Below are positions 1 to 15,444 of a stretch of DNA of 64,000 nucleotides, piece after piece. How positions within the stretch are numbered: the first letter of the stretch is position 1; each line of letters opens with the position of its first letter. Source of the stretch: Chrysomallon squamiferum. Lineage: Eukaryota; Animalia; Mollusca. A model generated the notes under the pieces. The model was not told where the DNA came from, did no database searches, and was given only the letters and a program-made list of their open reading frames with translations. The stretch is from the NCBI GenBank assembly GCA_012295275.1, contig CM022678.1, positions 7,502,001-7,566,000 of the forward strand. Reading direction: 5' to 3'. A program made the position numbers and the translations under genes.

Positions 1-98
1 CAACCCTGAAAGACCTTGACCTTAAACGATGTCGAATTCACGAAGCAGAAGCTTGTTTCTTTTTGTGTCCTAGAAGTTCAGTTGACAAAACAAAAGCT
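1..98 (+). CDS. KCNT: KCNT-like exon (partial; [32 protein letters not shown])
   Basis: Matches Slo2 RCK1 segment LKDxDLxRxxxxxxEACFIL; donor GTAAGA at 99. Confidence 0.9.
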
Positions 99-514
99 GT
101 AAGATTTCTGTTGTGTTGTTGTTGTTGGTGGTGATGGTGGTGGTGGTGGTGCTATTTGTACGTTAATGTAAATAAAATTAGCAATTACAAATATGGAAAT
201 TATTTTTTACTTAACAGTGTATGTTAGGTTATTAAGTTGTTTAAAATGTGCTAGATAATATGTTGTTAGATTCCAAAAATATTGGTTAGTTTGTGTTTGT
301 ATTTGTGAATGTATATATTATATACATATATATATGTGTGTGCATGTGTATGTGTGTGTGTGTTTGTTCATTTGTGTGAAAGAATCTATATGTGTGTGAA
401 CATGTATATGTGTATGTGTGTGTGTGAGAGAGATTCTTATAGCAAGTTAACAGATATATATTAGGAATGTGTTTATGATGATGTGTGTGTATGTATATAT
501 ATGTGTGTGTGTAT

Positions 515-550
<36 letters not shown>

Positions 551-3500
551 AATCTTTCAGGGTTGTATTTTGTTTGTTTTTTTAAAGTTCCATTATTCAT
601 TTTTACCTACTATTTTATACATCCTTTTCAGCATAAAACTTACACACATAAATGGCAAACATAATGTTATATTTTAAAACACCTTATGTAATATAAGTTT
701 TCAAGCACACATACATATTACTACTTCATCAAAGAGAATAAAAACATTTTAATTTATTTTTGGCAGTAACCAAAAAAACATAATTTTTTTCAAATTTTCA
801 ATTTTCTTTCTTTTTTTGTAGGACCATCACACAATTCTCAGATCCTGGGCAGTAAAAGATTTTGCACCAAACTGTAGACAGTACGTCCAGCTTTTCAAAG
901 CCAAAAACAAAATGCATGTCAAGTTTGCAGGTGAGGCTGAGAAAAATCTGTTTACTTTTATTATAAAAGCTAAGTGTTATATGAATCATATTAAATTATC
1001 AGTTGTAAGTAACACTGTGCACAAAGCATGGTAAAAGTTATAAAATTTAGAATAAAAGAATAATAAAGAGATATTGGTATATTTGATGTAGATGTATGAT
1101 TTTATTTATTTATTTATTTATAACTCTTAAACTGATTTATAGTCATTTGTTGTATGTATTATTATTACTGCTATTGTTACTACTACTAATATTATTATTG
1201 TTGTTATTATTATCATTGTTACTACTACTTCTATTACTACTACTACTACTTCTACTACAACTATTATTACTATTATTATTATTACTGTCATCATTATTAT
1301 TACTACTACTACTACTAGAACAACTACTATTATTATCACTAGTAGTAGTAGTACCACAATTACTACTAATACTACTACTATTATTATTATTATTATCATC
1401 ATTGCAGAGCATGTTGTTTGTGAAGATGAGTTCAAGTATGCTCTTCTGGCCAACAATTGTTTGTACCCTGGACTGTCCACCCTGGTTACACTTCTTGTAC
1501 ACACATCATGTGGCATGTGAGTTTTACTTTAACAAATCAGCCACGTTTAGCCATTCAAAGTAGAGAAATAATAGTTTAATAGAGAATACACTATTTTGAT
1601 AGATAATAAAGGATTTTAATAGATAATGAACTATTTTAAAGATTTAACTTTCATACAATTTACAAGATCTTTAAATAGATTCCATGCTTGTTATCATAAC
1701 AATTAATCACATTATGTCTTGTTCAGAGCAGAGAAATAGCATTTTAACAGAGATAATAAATCAGTTTTAATTACATAACAAAGACTGACTTTCTAGCAGT
1801 ATACAAGTATTTTAAAGACGTCGTGTTTATTACCTTATCAGTTAATCACATACAGCTTATTCAGTTCCAGAGAAATAAAACTTTAAATGATAATAATCTA
1901 TTTTAATTTTAAAAATAATAATAATAATAATATATATATTTTTTAAATTTTCATGCATTTAATATATAATTTTAAATAGAGAGCATGACTTTAAAATGAA
2001 ATTTTATCCAGAGAATTTTGTGTGTACACATATACTATCAATTATAATAAAAGTAACAAATGTATCTTTCTACAGACAGTGACTTGTTTAAATAGAGATA
2101 GCCTTCTAAAGATATTATGTAGAACATATCACCAATAAGAAGTGTATTTTATATATATAGAACATTTAATTTGAACAGAGAGTAAATGAAATGATGATGC
2201 TATATTGTAAATAGAGAATATCTGTTTAAAAATGATGTCTTATTTTTATCACAAATAGTTTACATAGAATGTGTTGTCGAGCACAGTGAGTACAGAGAGT
2301 GATGTCTAACTGAATAGACAATTTCTATTTTAAATAGATCTTTTTAAAAAGGCATCAGTTATATTGTAAATCACAAATGTCTATTTTAAGCAGATAATAC
2401 ATAATTTAATAAGGGAAATCTAGTTTGAAAAGAACACTGAAATTGTCAGACAATGTCTGCTTTAATCAAAGAATACTAATTTTATCAGATAATGTTTATT
2501 TTAATCAAAGAATGCCTGCTTTAATTGGAGGATGTCTATTTTAGAGAGAATATTTATCTTAAATAGACAGTGTCAGGTTCACATTTCAAGTGAAACGTGA
2601 CTGTGGACATTGATGTCTAATTGAACTGATGTCTATTTGTAAACAGAAAATATGAATGTTAATCAGAGCATGTCTGTTTTAAACAAACTTTCTATTTTAA
2701 TTAGAATCTCAGCAGTGACATTAAAATTGTTGCTTTATGTGACTGTTATAAGGATGAACTAGATATCATAGAGACACAACTGATTTTAAACTTAAAGAGA
2801 ATATTTTCAAAAATGGATAATATCTGTTTTCAGTGTAAAATATGTATAATAATAGATAATAAGACTTGAGGTTTCCATTTAAAATATAGAATGTTTATTT
2901 TAAATAGATGTCTCTGTTTAATTTCCTTGTTTTTTTCTTTTACTTTTTTGTTTTTTTATATAATTTGTTTTTAAATGTTTTAAGGTTATTTTAATTTAAG
3001 CATGCCTATTACAAACAATAACTTAATTGTAACCAAGTTTCTTTTCAAAAATAGAGCATATTTGTTTGAAACAAACAAGAAGAAAAAACTATGTATGTGT
3101 TTTTAAGTGCAGAATGTTTGTTTTCAAATATTTTATGTGTTTTAAACTAAAATATCTATTTTAATGAGATAATTTATATTAAAATAGTACAAAAATAATG
3201 TTTCTATTTTAAGTAGAAAATGTTGTTTTCATATGTTTTTATTAAAAATATTTATAGAACTGGGAATGGTTCTCGATTTTAAATAGACAGTAAAAGATAA
3301 TACCTATGAATATGAGATACCTAGTTAGAGATCAAAATATATATTATCCAGAATATTTACATTAAATGTTTATTTAAACATATAAATAACTATATGTATT
3401 AAGTAGAGAAATCTTTAAAACATAATATCTTTTATCCAAACAAATAATTTCTATTTTAAACTGAGCATTTTTTTTTAAAACAGAAAATATCTATTTAAAA

Positions 3501-5353
3501 CCCACACTATCTATTTTAACCAGAACTTGTTTTTGAACAGAATATTTATTAAAAAGAGAACATTTTTAGACAGAAAATGTCTATTTTACAGACTGTATTT
3601 ATTTCTAATGAAAGAATTATTTTAAAGTGTATAATCATCAATTTTAAACAGAAATAGTTTTTTGATTTTAAGGACATAGTATCTATTTTTAACAGAAAAT
3701 GATTATTTTAAAATGAAAATATACATTTTTATCCAAGATTATATATCACATTACAGAAGAGGCCAGCCTGAACAGTATATATAAATAATTACAACACTTT
3801 TTTATTTTAAAGAAAGAAAAAATGGAATTTTTAAGGAATGATCATTTTATATGAAATGTTTTTGTTGTTTTTCAAATGTCTTGAACAAAGAATCTGTCTT
3901 TAAAATAAAGCTTATTATAACTGAATGTCTGTTTAAAATCAGTCACATTTATTTTAAAATCTTGAAAATCTGTTTTAAAATATGAATGTTTATGTTTGGA
4001 GAATATCCATATTGAAATAATTAATTTTCTAACCTCACTGTCAATATAAAACAAAAGGTATCCATTAATAATGTCTATTCAAACCATAGGATATTATAAG
4101 CTATAAATATCTGTCTTAAAGAGACAATGTCTACATTAAAGAAAGAATGTCTGTTTTCAGTAAATTAATATCTATTTAGAAAGGATAGTATTTTGAACAG
4201 AATATCTATTTAAAACAAAGGATACATATTATAAACTGAAAGTCTATTCAGAAATGTGAGAGTTATTATAAGCTGTGAATTAGCTGTTTAAAGTAAAGAC
4301 TATTGTTACGACAGAACCATTTAACACAGTGGATCTCTGTTAAACACTGCGAATGTTTATTTATAACAAAGGATATCTACTGAAATTAAACTGTATTTAA
4401 AACAACTGATATCTTAAAATTATGAACGTCTATTTAAAATAACCAATCTCTTATAAAAAAAGTTGTGAATGTCTGTTTAAACAACTGACCCCAATTAAGA
4501 ACTATGAATATCTACTTAAAACAAGTGATATCTATAATCAAAATTGATAAATGTCTATTTAAAAAAGCAGATCTCTATTTAAAAAACTATGTATATTTAA
4601 AACAACTGCTATCTGTCAACAACTATGAATGTCTATTTAAAACAACTGATCTCTGTCAACCACTGTGAATGTCTATTTAAAACAGAGAAGGGGAGATGGC
4701 GACAGACAGGTGGCAGCAGGTGTACGGCAGACACTCGGGAAATGAAATCTACCACATACAGCTGTGCAAGAGTCTGTTTTTCAGACAGTACGAGGGCAGA
4801 AAGTTCACCGAGGCTTCTGCGGGCGTGCATCAGAGGTTAGTATGTTAGTCTGTTAGTGTCTTATTGACAGATAATGTAATAACGTAATAATGTTTGTTTC
4901 TCATTAATAACTAATGTAATAATGTTTGTTTCTCATTCTTTAAGTATACGAAATATGTTTTAAGTGAGGGGTTGGTTTGTTTTTTAATGACAATATACTT
5001 GTTTAATTTTCTAGCTTTGTAAGTACAGTGAATACATATCAGTGTGAATACCTGTAATATTATTTTATTGTTTATTTTTAATACTGAAGCTACTGTTATT
5101 TAATTTGCTATTTAATTTTATATATTTATGTTTCCTTATGGATATAGAAATTGTATGTGTTTGTGGTATATTATGAAAGATGGTTGTCATAATCTGAGTA
5201 TACCAAGCTGTTTATGGATATGTTAGCAGTTTTTGTGTTTTAGAGTTTCTGAGTTTATTTTGTTATAAAATATAAATTACTTACATCACAGTTTAATTAT
5301 CATACTTGAGAAAATATGTATCTGTATATTTGTCTGTCTGTGAATGTGTTCAA

Positions 5354-5384
<31 letters not shown>

Positions 5385-6071
5385 TGTGTGTGTGTCTAAA
5401 ACTCATTTTAAATATGTGGGTGTATCTCAGTTCTAAGCTTCTTTGTACAATACAGGTATAATGTATATATCTCTGACTGATATCTGTCATCTGACTGTTT
5501 TTTATTTTATTTTTTATTTTTTAATAAAATCTTAACATATTATTATTATAAAGGTAGATTTATAATTGCACCTCAGGCTATACCAATAGCAATAAGATCA
5601 TTCCTAAGTTACTCTGTATATTTTTTTGATTGTCTTTCTCTCTGTGTGTGTATCTGGAGGTCATGTATGAAATGTTAATAAAAACTATAACAGACATAAG
5701 TTCTTCTAATGGGAAGGATGTCAGATCATTGTTAAGTTTCTCTGGATTATTTTTTTCTTTTTTTTTCTGATGTCTTTCTGTCTGTATGATCTGAAAGTTT
5801 TGGATCACTTGTTAATAAATGTGATAATTTTTTTTTTTTTTTAAATGTAGATTTGAAGTTTTTTTCTAGCTGGAAGGAAGTCAGATCATTCCTATATTTC
5901 TCTGTATAGTTGTGTCTCTGTGTGTCTGTGTCTGTGTGAGTGTGTGAGTGTGTGTGTGTGTGTGTTGCTCTGTCAAAATATCTATGAATGTATTCTATCA
6001 AATGTTGACTTGTTTAGGTTTGGAGTAGTTTTTCTAGCTGGAAGGAAGGCAGATCATTCCTGTGTGTCTGT

Positions 6072-6103
<32 letters not shown>

Positions 6104-7655
6104 CTGTCTGTCTGTCTGTCTGTGTATGTGTGTGTGTGTGTGTCTGTCTCTGTGTGTGTGTTTGTGTTGCTCTGTCAAAATATCTATCAATGTATTCTAT
6201 GAACTGTTGACTCATGTAGGTTTGGAGTTGCTCTGCTGGCTGTACTGGACGGCAGCCAGGTCAGTCCCAAGCTGCTGCTAAACCCTGGACCTGACTACAT
6301 CCTGAAGAACACAGATTACTGTTTTTACATGAGCGTCACCAAAGAGGAGTACTCACAGATCAACTCAGAGGCTGCAGACATCAGTATTCCTCAGTCCACA
6401 GAGATGGCAAAAAACCTGGGTCAGTATTTGCCTTCTTCTCGAGCATTTAATCTAGTGTAATCTACTCATGTATGTAGAATAGTCAGATTGTGTCTATTTT
6501 AAAAAGAAAATGTCAAAACAACATACTGTTATTGAGATTATAACAAAATATTGTATTGTTTTGAGCATTTTTTTTATTTCTTTTATTTATTATTATTATT
6601 TTTTTAAATCCTATAATAATTTTTGTAAAGTCTGATATAATATAGAAGGTTGTGAAATAGATGATTTAATGCACAGAATATCATTTAAAAAGTAGACTGG
6701 ATAAAATAGATTTCTAAATCACTAATTTTTGTTATTTCAGTTGTAATATTTCCTTTGTTATAAAGTTATTTGAAAGTACCATTCAAGACAAAAGAGTTTT
6801 ATAACATCTCTCTTTTTCTTTCTTTTTAACAATTTATTTATTTATTTATTTATTACTTTCTTCTGTTGTTTCATTTTCAAATAATACTTTACTAATTTTT
6901 GCAGAACTAAATTCTGTTCAAAAATATCAATAAGGATAATACTACACCTATCTAACAAACAACAAAAATCAATTTTAAAATTTATATAACAAACTCTATA
7001 CAACTACATACTGCAATATTATTTATAAAAACATTTTTTTAAAATAACAAATTATAAAATTTTATTGACAAAACATTTACAAATATTTAGCATTTCTGCA
7101 AAAACACCCAAATGGGGCCAACCCCCACCATCTTGTTAATTAATATTATTATATTTCCATAAAAAAACTATTTAAAAAAAAAATGTTGCAGAACAAATTG
7201 CTCTGGCTCTGCAGAAGTATCAGAGTAACGAGAGTGACGAGGACGATGATGTGGACGAAAGCGTCTTCGACACGATCACGAGCATGATGGGAAGGGAGGT
7301 AACTCGGGCTGTCCACTGTCCCGTTGATAAGAAGGACAGTGCGATGAGCGTTGATCCGAAGCCAGACATCATTCTGACGCCAGCGCCATCGAAAGAGATG
7401 GTTGATGGTGTTGATCACCGGAGCGGATCGGGAAAAGTTCTGCAGTACTACAGCGACATGGGGCAGGAGTCGTAAGTTAAATCAGAATAATAAACATTTT
7501 ATTTTATTATTATTTTATTATTATTGTTATTATTGTTATTATTTGTTATTGTTATTGTTATTATTATTATTTATTATTATTATTATAAACATTTTATTTT
7601 ATTATTATTATTATAATAAACAATTTATGTTTTTTATTTATTATTATTATTATTA

Positions 7656-7687
<32 letters not shown>

Positions 7688-8258
7688 CATCATTTTTATT
7701 TTTATTTTAATGTATTTATTTATTTATAGTTTTTTTTTTATGTCTTTTAATCTGTTACTCTGTAATAACAGATGTTAATTTTTATAAATATTTTATAATT
7801 ATACATGACATAAATAAATTATTAATATTTTATAAAAGACATTTATTTATCTATTTATTTATTTATGGGTTTTTTTTATTGTTTTTTTAATTATTATTAT
7901 TTACTATTTTCCTATTTACTGAAAACTTAAAGGACTTTGATGTTTCCTTTCTGTTGATGCTGGATTTTGGAATTTTTGTTGTTGTTGTTTGTTGTTATTT
8001 GTTTTTGTTTTTTTTTACTTCTGTTTTGTATTTATAGAAACTTCATCACTGTTTACTTTCAGGTTCACTGTTGGCCCACCACCAATAACAATGTACGTAG
8101 GGTCTCACACCAGTGTTTGTCACATCATGAAGTCACCAAGACCTTTCTGTTGTCTTGAGTGGGGAGTCGTAAGTTTAAGTCACTTTAAAAATTCATACTG
8201 CAGTCATTTTCTCTTACAGTGTTTGATAATAAATTGAAAAATATTAAATTTAAATACC

Positions 8259-8332
<74 letters not shown>

Positions 8333-8465
8333 TAATAATAATAATAATAACATTACTAATAATAAGAATAAGAATATAATTAATTAATTTCATATAGTTT
8401 CTGTTTCAGTGTTTGATATTAACTTGAAAATAAGGCAGTATTTCATTTAAAAATTGATGATGATG

Positions 8466-8513
<48 letters not shown>

Positions 8514-9728
8514 TAGAATATTAACATAAGTGATTTATCTACAAGTATGTAAGTATTTACATTGGCATATTAAATTTAATGTTACTTATGCATAGCTCCA
8601 TCACTACAAAATGCACAGACAAATATATATATAGACAGACAGATGGATAGACAGACAGACAGACAGATAGACAGACAGATAAAGGCAGACATTACTACAA
8701 CAAGATTAACGTCAGTGATATAATTACAAGCATTCAAAACAACATATTTCATTTATCCATAGGGATTATCACAACATTATTTGTTGTTTATTTACTTCAC
8801 AAACATAACTGATCTTTTTTTCTTTTGATTTCTTTTTTTGTAGGACTGTAGACACTGTAACTACAAGAACGCTAACAACAAACGATGGAACAACCAGCTG
8901 ATTATCCTGGCAGCAGAACAGGCCATCAGTGGCATCTACAACTTCATCATTCCCCTTAGGTCCAACTTCATCAACGTCAACTGCCTCCATCCAATCATTT
9001 TACTCCTTGAGGAAAGGTAACCGTGGCTTCCACCAGTGAAAACATTACGTTAATTACAGATCTGTTATTTTATTGGATAGCTGCACAAATAACAAGCTTT
9101 TAATCTTTTATTTGATTGGGTAATTAATATTTATGTTTCGACCAATGAAATCAGGACATTAGTAACAAAACTGTAAATCTTTTATTTTGTAGGATAATTA
9201 ATGTTTATGTTTCTACCAATGAAATCAGGACATTAGTAACAAAACTGTAAATCTCTTATTTGATTGGACAGTTAATGGTTACATTTGCACCAATGAAATC
9301 ATTACATTAATAACAACAACAAAAAAAAGTTTAAATCTCTTATTTGATTGGATAGTTAATGTTTACATTCCACCAATGAAATCATTACATTAATAACAAA
9401 AAAATCTGCAACCTTTAAATCTTTTATTTTATTGATAGTTAATGTTTACATTCAGCCAATGAAATCTTTACATTAATAACAAATTAATCTGCAATCCTTT
9501 ATTGTACAATTAATGGAATGGATGGCTGTACAGGGTATGTCGCCATTGATCGTTATGGTACTAATAGAGATGAGTAATAACACATGGCTCTTAGAAATTA
9601 GATAATGATGGTTTCCGCCAGTGAAAAATAAGTATTTTGTTGTTTCCATTTTATTGTTTGTTAATATAATAATAATAATAATAATAATTATTATTATTAT
9701 TATTATTATTATTATCTTTATTAGTCTA

Positions 9729-9777
<49 letters not shown>

Positions 9778-10287
9778 TTTATATTGTTGTTGTTGTTGCT
9801 GTTATTGTTGATGTTCATTTTTCTGCTTGTCTAGTAATATCATCTTTATGGCTATGTTATTGATGTCATTTATATCAGTCATTTCACCTTCACCATTTCA
9901 GTCATTATTATCATTGATGTAGTTGTTGCTGGTGCTGTTGTTGTTATTATTATCCTTATTATTATTATCATTGTCATAATTATCATTATCGTTATTATTA
10001 TTATTATTAATATTATTATTATTATTATTATTATCATTATTACTCATTCATTCATTCATTCATTCATTATCATCACATTGTTATAATTACGATACTCAGT
10101 ATTGTTGTTGTTGTTGTTGTTGTTATTGTTGTAGTTTTTATTGTTTAATTTTAGCCCTGAAAAGATTTTCCTGGAGACCATTTCACAGTTTCCAATGGTT
10201 TACTGGATAAAGGGTAAAATAACAAGGTATTGGTTGTCTATGATTTTTGTATTACATATTTTCATAAATTATCTGTGAAGTTAATAA

Positions 10288-10364
<77 letters not shown>

Positions 10365-11736
10365 TTTTTATTTAATGTTTCATCTTTATTTATTTATTTG
10401 TGTTTCTTTTTAATTACTTATTTATTTATTTATTTAATATAATATTTATTTATTCATTTATTTTATTTTATTTTATTTATTTATTTACTATTTATTATTT
10501 ATATTTATTATTTATTTATTTAATATAATTAATGTATTTGTTTATTTTTTTATTTATTTAATATAATTTATTTTTTGTTTTTTGTTTTTGTACTGATTTA
10601 TTTATTTAATATAATTTATTTATTTATGTATTTATTTATTTATCGTACAAACTGTGAACAGTATATTGCACACTATTTCCCTTATAGTGTGGACCATCTG
10701 CTGCGTGCAGGTATAAACAAAGCGAGACATCTCCTCATTGTGAACAGAGACTCCTACCAGCAGGAGGAGGAGGAGACGCTTGCCGATGCTGAGACTGTTG
10801 TAGCTGTTCAGACCATTTTTAGGTAAAGTCACATACAACAGTAGTACTTTCCGTACAGCTAATGCGAGTTTAATGTCAGTTTATGTGAATAATCTTGAAA
10901 TGAATTCTTTTATGTTGGAGACAGAAATTTACTTTGTAAATATTACACTGGTAATATTTTTGATACAACTAGTACAAGTTTAATGTCAGTTTATGTGAAT
11001 CATCTTGAAATGAATTCTTGTTTGCTGGAGATAGAAAATTACTTTGTAAATATTACACTGGTAAAATTTTCGATACAACTAGTACGAGTTTAATGTCAGT
11101 TTATGTGAATCATCTTGAAATGTATTCTTGTATGTTGTATTCAAAAATAAAATATTGTGTAGTTTTTTATTCAATAGTAGATCTGTATTTAGTTATTTAT
11201 TTTTATTATTAATTTTAGTTTTTTTTTTTTTTTTTTTTTGACCCTTAATTTAATTGTAAATAATGTTTATTTTCAAACAAATACAGAAAAGCTATTACAA
11301 TGGGGTATGATTCACCTTTGGGTAAATGATACAATTTTCAAATGAATGAAACCAAATGGAAAATAAGACAAAAACTTAAAAAAATAAAAATAACAAAAAT
11401 AACAAACATTTAGTATAGTTACAAACGAATGAAATTTTACAACAAACACTCATGCATGAATGATACTGAAATACCGTCAGAAGAAATTTATTATAATATT
11501 AAAAGTTATATAGATAAGTAGATAGATAACAAGATAGATAGAGATAGATGAAAAGCTTTTTTTTTTTTTTTTTTTTAATGAGTCTTGTTGACATCAACAG
11601 AAAACATGATATTGTTTTGTTTCAGACTGTTTCCCAATGCCAATGTGATAACTGAACTGAATCAAGCGACAAACATGAGATTCATGCAGTTTCAGGCCCA
11701 CGACCAGTACTCACAGAGTATTTCACGATTTGAAAG

Positions 11737-11835
<99 letters not shown>

Positions 11836-11871
11836 TTATTATTATTGCTTTTGTTGTTGTTGTTGTTGTTG

Positions 11872-11958
<87 letters not shown>

Positions 11959-12003
11959 TTGCTTTTGTTGTTGTTGTTGTTGTTGTTGTTGTTATTATTA
12001 TTA

Positions 12004-12038
<35 letters not shown>

Positions 12039-12042
12039 GTTG

Positions 12043-12079
<37 letters not shown>

Positions 12080-13205
12080 CATCATTCATTGCTCATCATT
12101 GTTCATCATTATTATAATTATTGTTGTTATCATCATCATTGTTTTGTTATTATTATATTGTTATTGTTGAGTTATCATCATCATGATTATTATAATTATT
12201 GTTGTTATTATCATTATTATCGTTATTGTTATTATTATTATTGTTGTTATTATTGAGTTATCATCATCATTATTATTATAATTATTGTTGTTATTATCAT
12301 TATTATCGTTATTGTTATTATTATTATTGAGTTATCATCATCATTATTATAATTGTTGTTATCATTATCATTGTTTTTGTTATTGTTATTATTATTATTA
12401 ATATTATTATTATTATTATCATTATCATATCATATCATTGTTACTATTATTATTCTCATCATCATCATTGTTATTAATAGTATTAATATTGTTATTATTA
12501 TTATTATTACTGTTATTAGTAGTAGTAGTAGTAGTAGTAGTAGTAGATAAGACAGACAGGTAGATGGATAGACAGACAGACAGTAATGGTAAAAATATTT
12601 TCTGGTTAATAGTAATTCTGCTGAACAATGATATCAATATTTAGCTTATAATCATAATTAGAATTTAATGATAGTTATTTCCTTTGTTATGATAAAATCA
12701 TTCATTTTTGAACATCAATTTTTATATTTACTTCTTAATTTTATTTTATTTTTCAATATTTATTTATCAGTGTAAATTACTGTTGTTGTTATTATTATAA
12801 ATTTTCTTAGTTGCTTGTTAATTTCTATACTTATATATTTTCAGAAACTCAAAGACAACATGGCTTCCAATCTGAGTTACATTTTTCGTCTTCCATTTGC
12901 TGCTGGTCAAGTTTTTAGTGCCAGTATGTTGGACACTCTGCTATATCAGGTAGAATGAACTGACCACTGTTAATATACACATACCAGTCATTCATTAAAA
13001 TGAGTTATTTTAATATTCTTTACAGCTTAAAACAGTTGTCAGAATGATTAATTTCTTGTCATTACATATTGGTCATTCATTTTCTCATTTTTGATTTATA
13101 TATCTGCCTATATATCTATCTATCTCTTTATCATCTCTTTCTATGTTTCTTTGTGTACATATAATGATATATATGTATATATTGATAAATAGGTAGGTAG
13201 GTAGG

Positions 13206-13274
<69 letters not shown>

Positions 13275-14499
13275 AAACATCAGAAAATGAATATATACTG
13301 ATATGAGTGTGTGTGTGTGTGTGTGTGTGTCTTTTTATCCCCCTATAGAATACATCACTTCACAGATTTTTAATGTATCTGCTAGTATCAAACCAGTGCT
13401 AAACATTTCTCTCAGTATCTTGATAAAGATTTTTATTCTTCATTTACTTTCACTTTACATTTTGTTTCATTTCCTTCTGTGGTGAACAGGCAAGGGTCTG
13501 TATCATCTTTTTCTCAGATAAATTTTTTTTTTTTTTTTTTTAAATTTATTGCAGACGTTTGTAAAAGGATACTTAATCACATTTGTTCGACTGCTGTTGG
13601 GGATTGACAATGAAGAAAATTCTGGTCACCTTTCAAGTGTAAGTTGTAATGTTAAAATTTGATCAAAAACTGTCGTAAATTTTTACTTATTTCAGTAATT
13701 GCTATAACTGCTACTACTGCTGCTGCTCTACTAGTACTTCTACTACTACTTCCACTACTACTACAATTTCTAGTATCATTACTTCTACCACCACTAGTAT
13801 TACCGCTAACAAAATCACAACTACAGTTACCACCAGAACCACTGCAACAACCATCACTACTACTAACTACTATAGTACTGCTACTACTACTACTACCATT
13901 GCTAACCTCTACTACTTCTACTACAAATACAGATATTACTATTACGACAAAACCTACTATTATTTCTATTATATTACATACTAAAACATACTACTACTAC
14001 TACTATTACTATTACTACTACTACTGTTACTACTACTACTACTACTGCTACTGTTAGTACCAATATTGCTATTACTGCTACTGTTACTACTGTGACTATT
14101 ACTACTTCTACTATTACCCTTATATTACTACTTTTACTACTACTACCACTAGTACTACTATTGCTATTACTGCTACTATTACTACTATGACTATTACTAC
14201 TTCTACTATTACCCTTATACTACTACTGATGCTGCTACTGCTTGAACTTATGTTGCTGCTATTAGTATTACTACAATTGCAACATTACAACACCACAACA
14301 TTTCTACTACAGCTTCTTTTTCTACAATATCTGCTGTCACTACCATTGCTTCTAATATTATTTATGTATTTGTATTATGTATTTATTAATTTAATGTTGT
14401 TTTTTTCATAACTTTTTATTTTATTATTTTTATTTTCATTTATTTCATTTTTATGTTATTATTTTTTATATTTATTATTATTAGTGTTGTTGTTGCTGC

Positions 14500-14536
<37 letters not shown>

Positions 14537-14882
14537 ATTGTTATTTACATGTTTCATAAATGTATATTTAAACAATTATTTTTGATGGTATTAGTTTGAA
14601 AGATATTCTTTTTTCATTACCATTATTCCATTATTTCTTATTTATCTTACTTGTTTAATTATTATCTTTTAAATGTTTATTAATGTTCTATTTTTAGATC
14701 AGAGTTCACAAAGCTACCTGTTCCAAATTTCCTACTTACGGTGACCTCTACCAAGGTCTTTGTACAGCTACAGGGGAAATCCCCATTGCTATTTATAGAA
14801 CAGAACGTCAAAAAGTGGATGCAGATGAACTGAATAAACCTGTAAGTTTAATTTAAAATTATGATATGATATAATAACCATC

Positions 14883-14916
<34 letters not shown>

Positions 14917-15408
14917 AAATTATTATTTACTAAAACAAAATAAATATTTTTAATTTTTTTTTTTTGGTTATGAGTTCTTTCATCAACCAATGAAATTAGC
15001 TGTCTCTTAATACAGTCATTATATTCATTATAACATGAAATACAGATTCAAAATATTCTAATCTTTCCAGTTAATCTTATAATTTAAAATAAAACTACTA
15101 TAACTCTTACCTTATTAACTAAGCTGGGTTACTGAATAGGTGAAGGTGATGTAGACAAACATATTTATCACATTTTTAATTCAATTTTTATTGATATTAT
15201 GATTAGATCCTATTGTAAAGTTAATGAAAATACAGTGATAGTGATGTAACTAAACATTTATCGTTTGTGTGTGTGTGTCTGTGTTTATATGAGTGTGTGT
15301 GTGTATATATATATATATAGATAGATAGATATGTATGTATGTATGTATTGCTATTACAAATAGCTGCTATTGGAATGTTAATGTGTGTGTGTGTGTGTGT
15401 TTATATGA

Positions 15409-15444
<36 letters not shown>

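Noticed and set aside
9031-9500. CRISPR-like appearance of regularly spaced repeats (also 37855-38190 and 58680-58900)
   Set aside because: Units are head-to-tail with no unique spacers, there are no cas genes, and the context is eukaryotic non-coding DNA.
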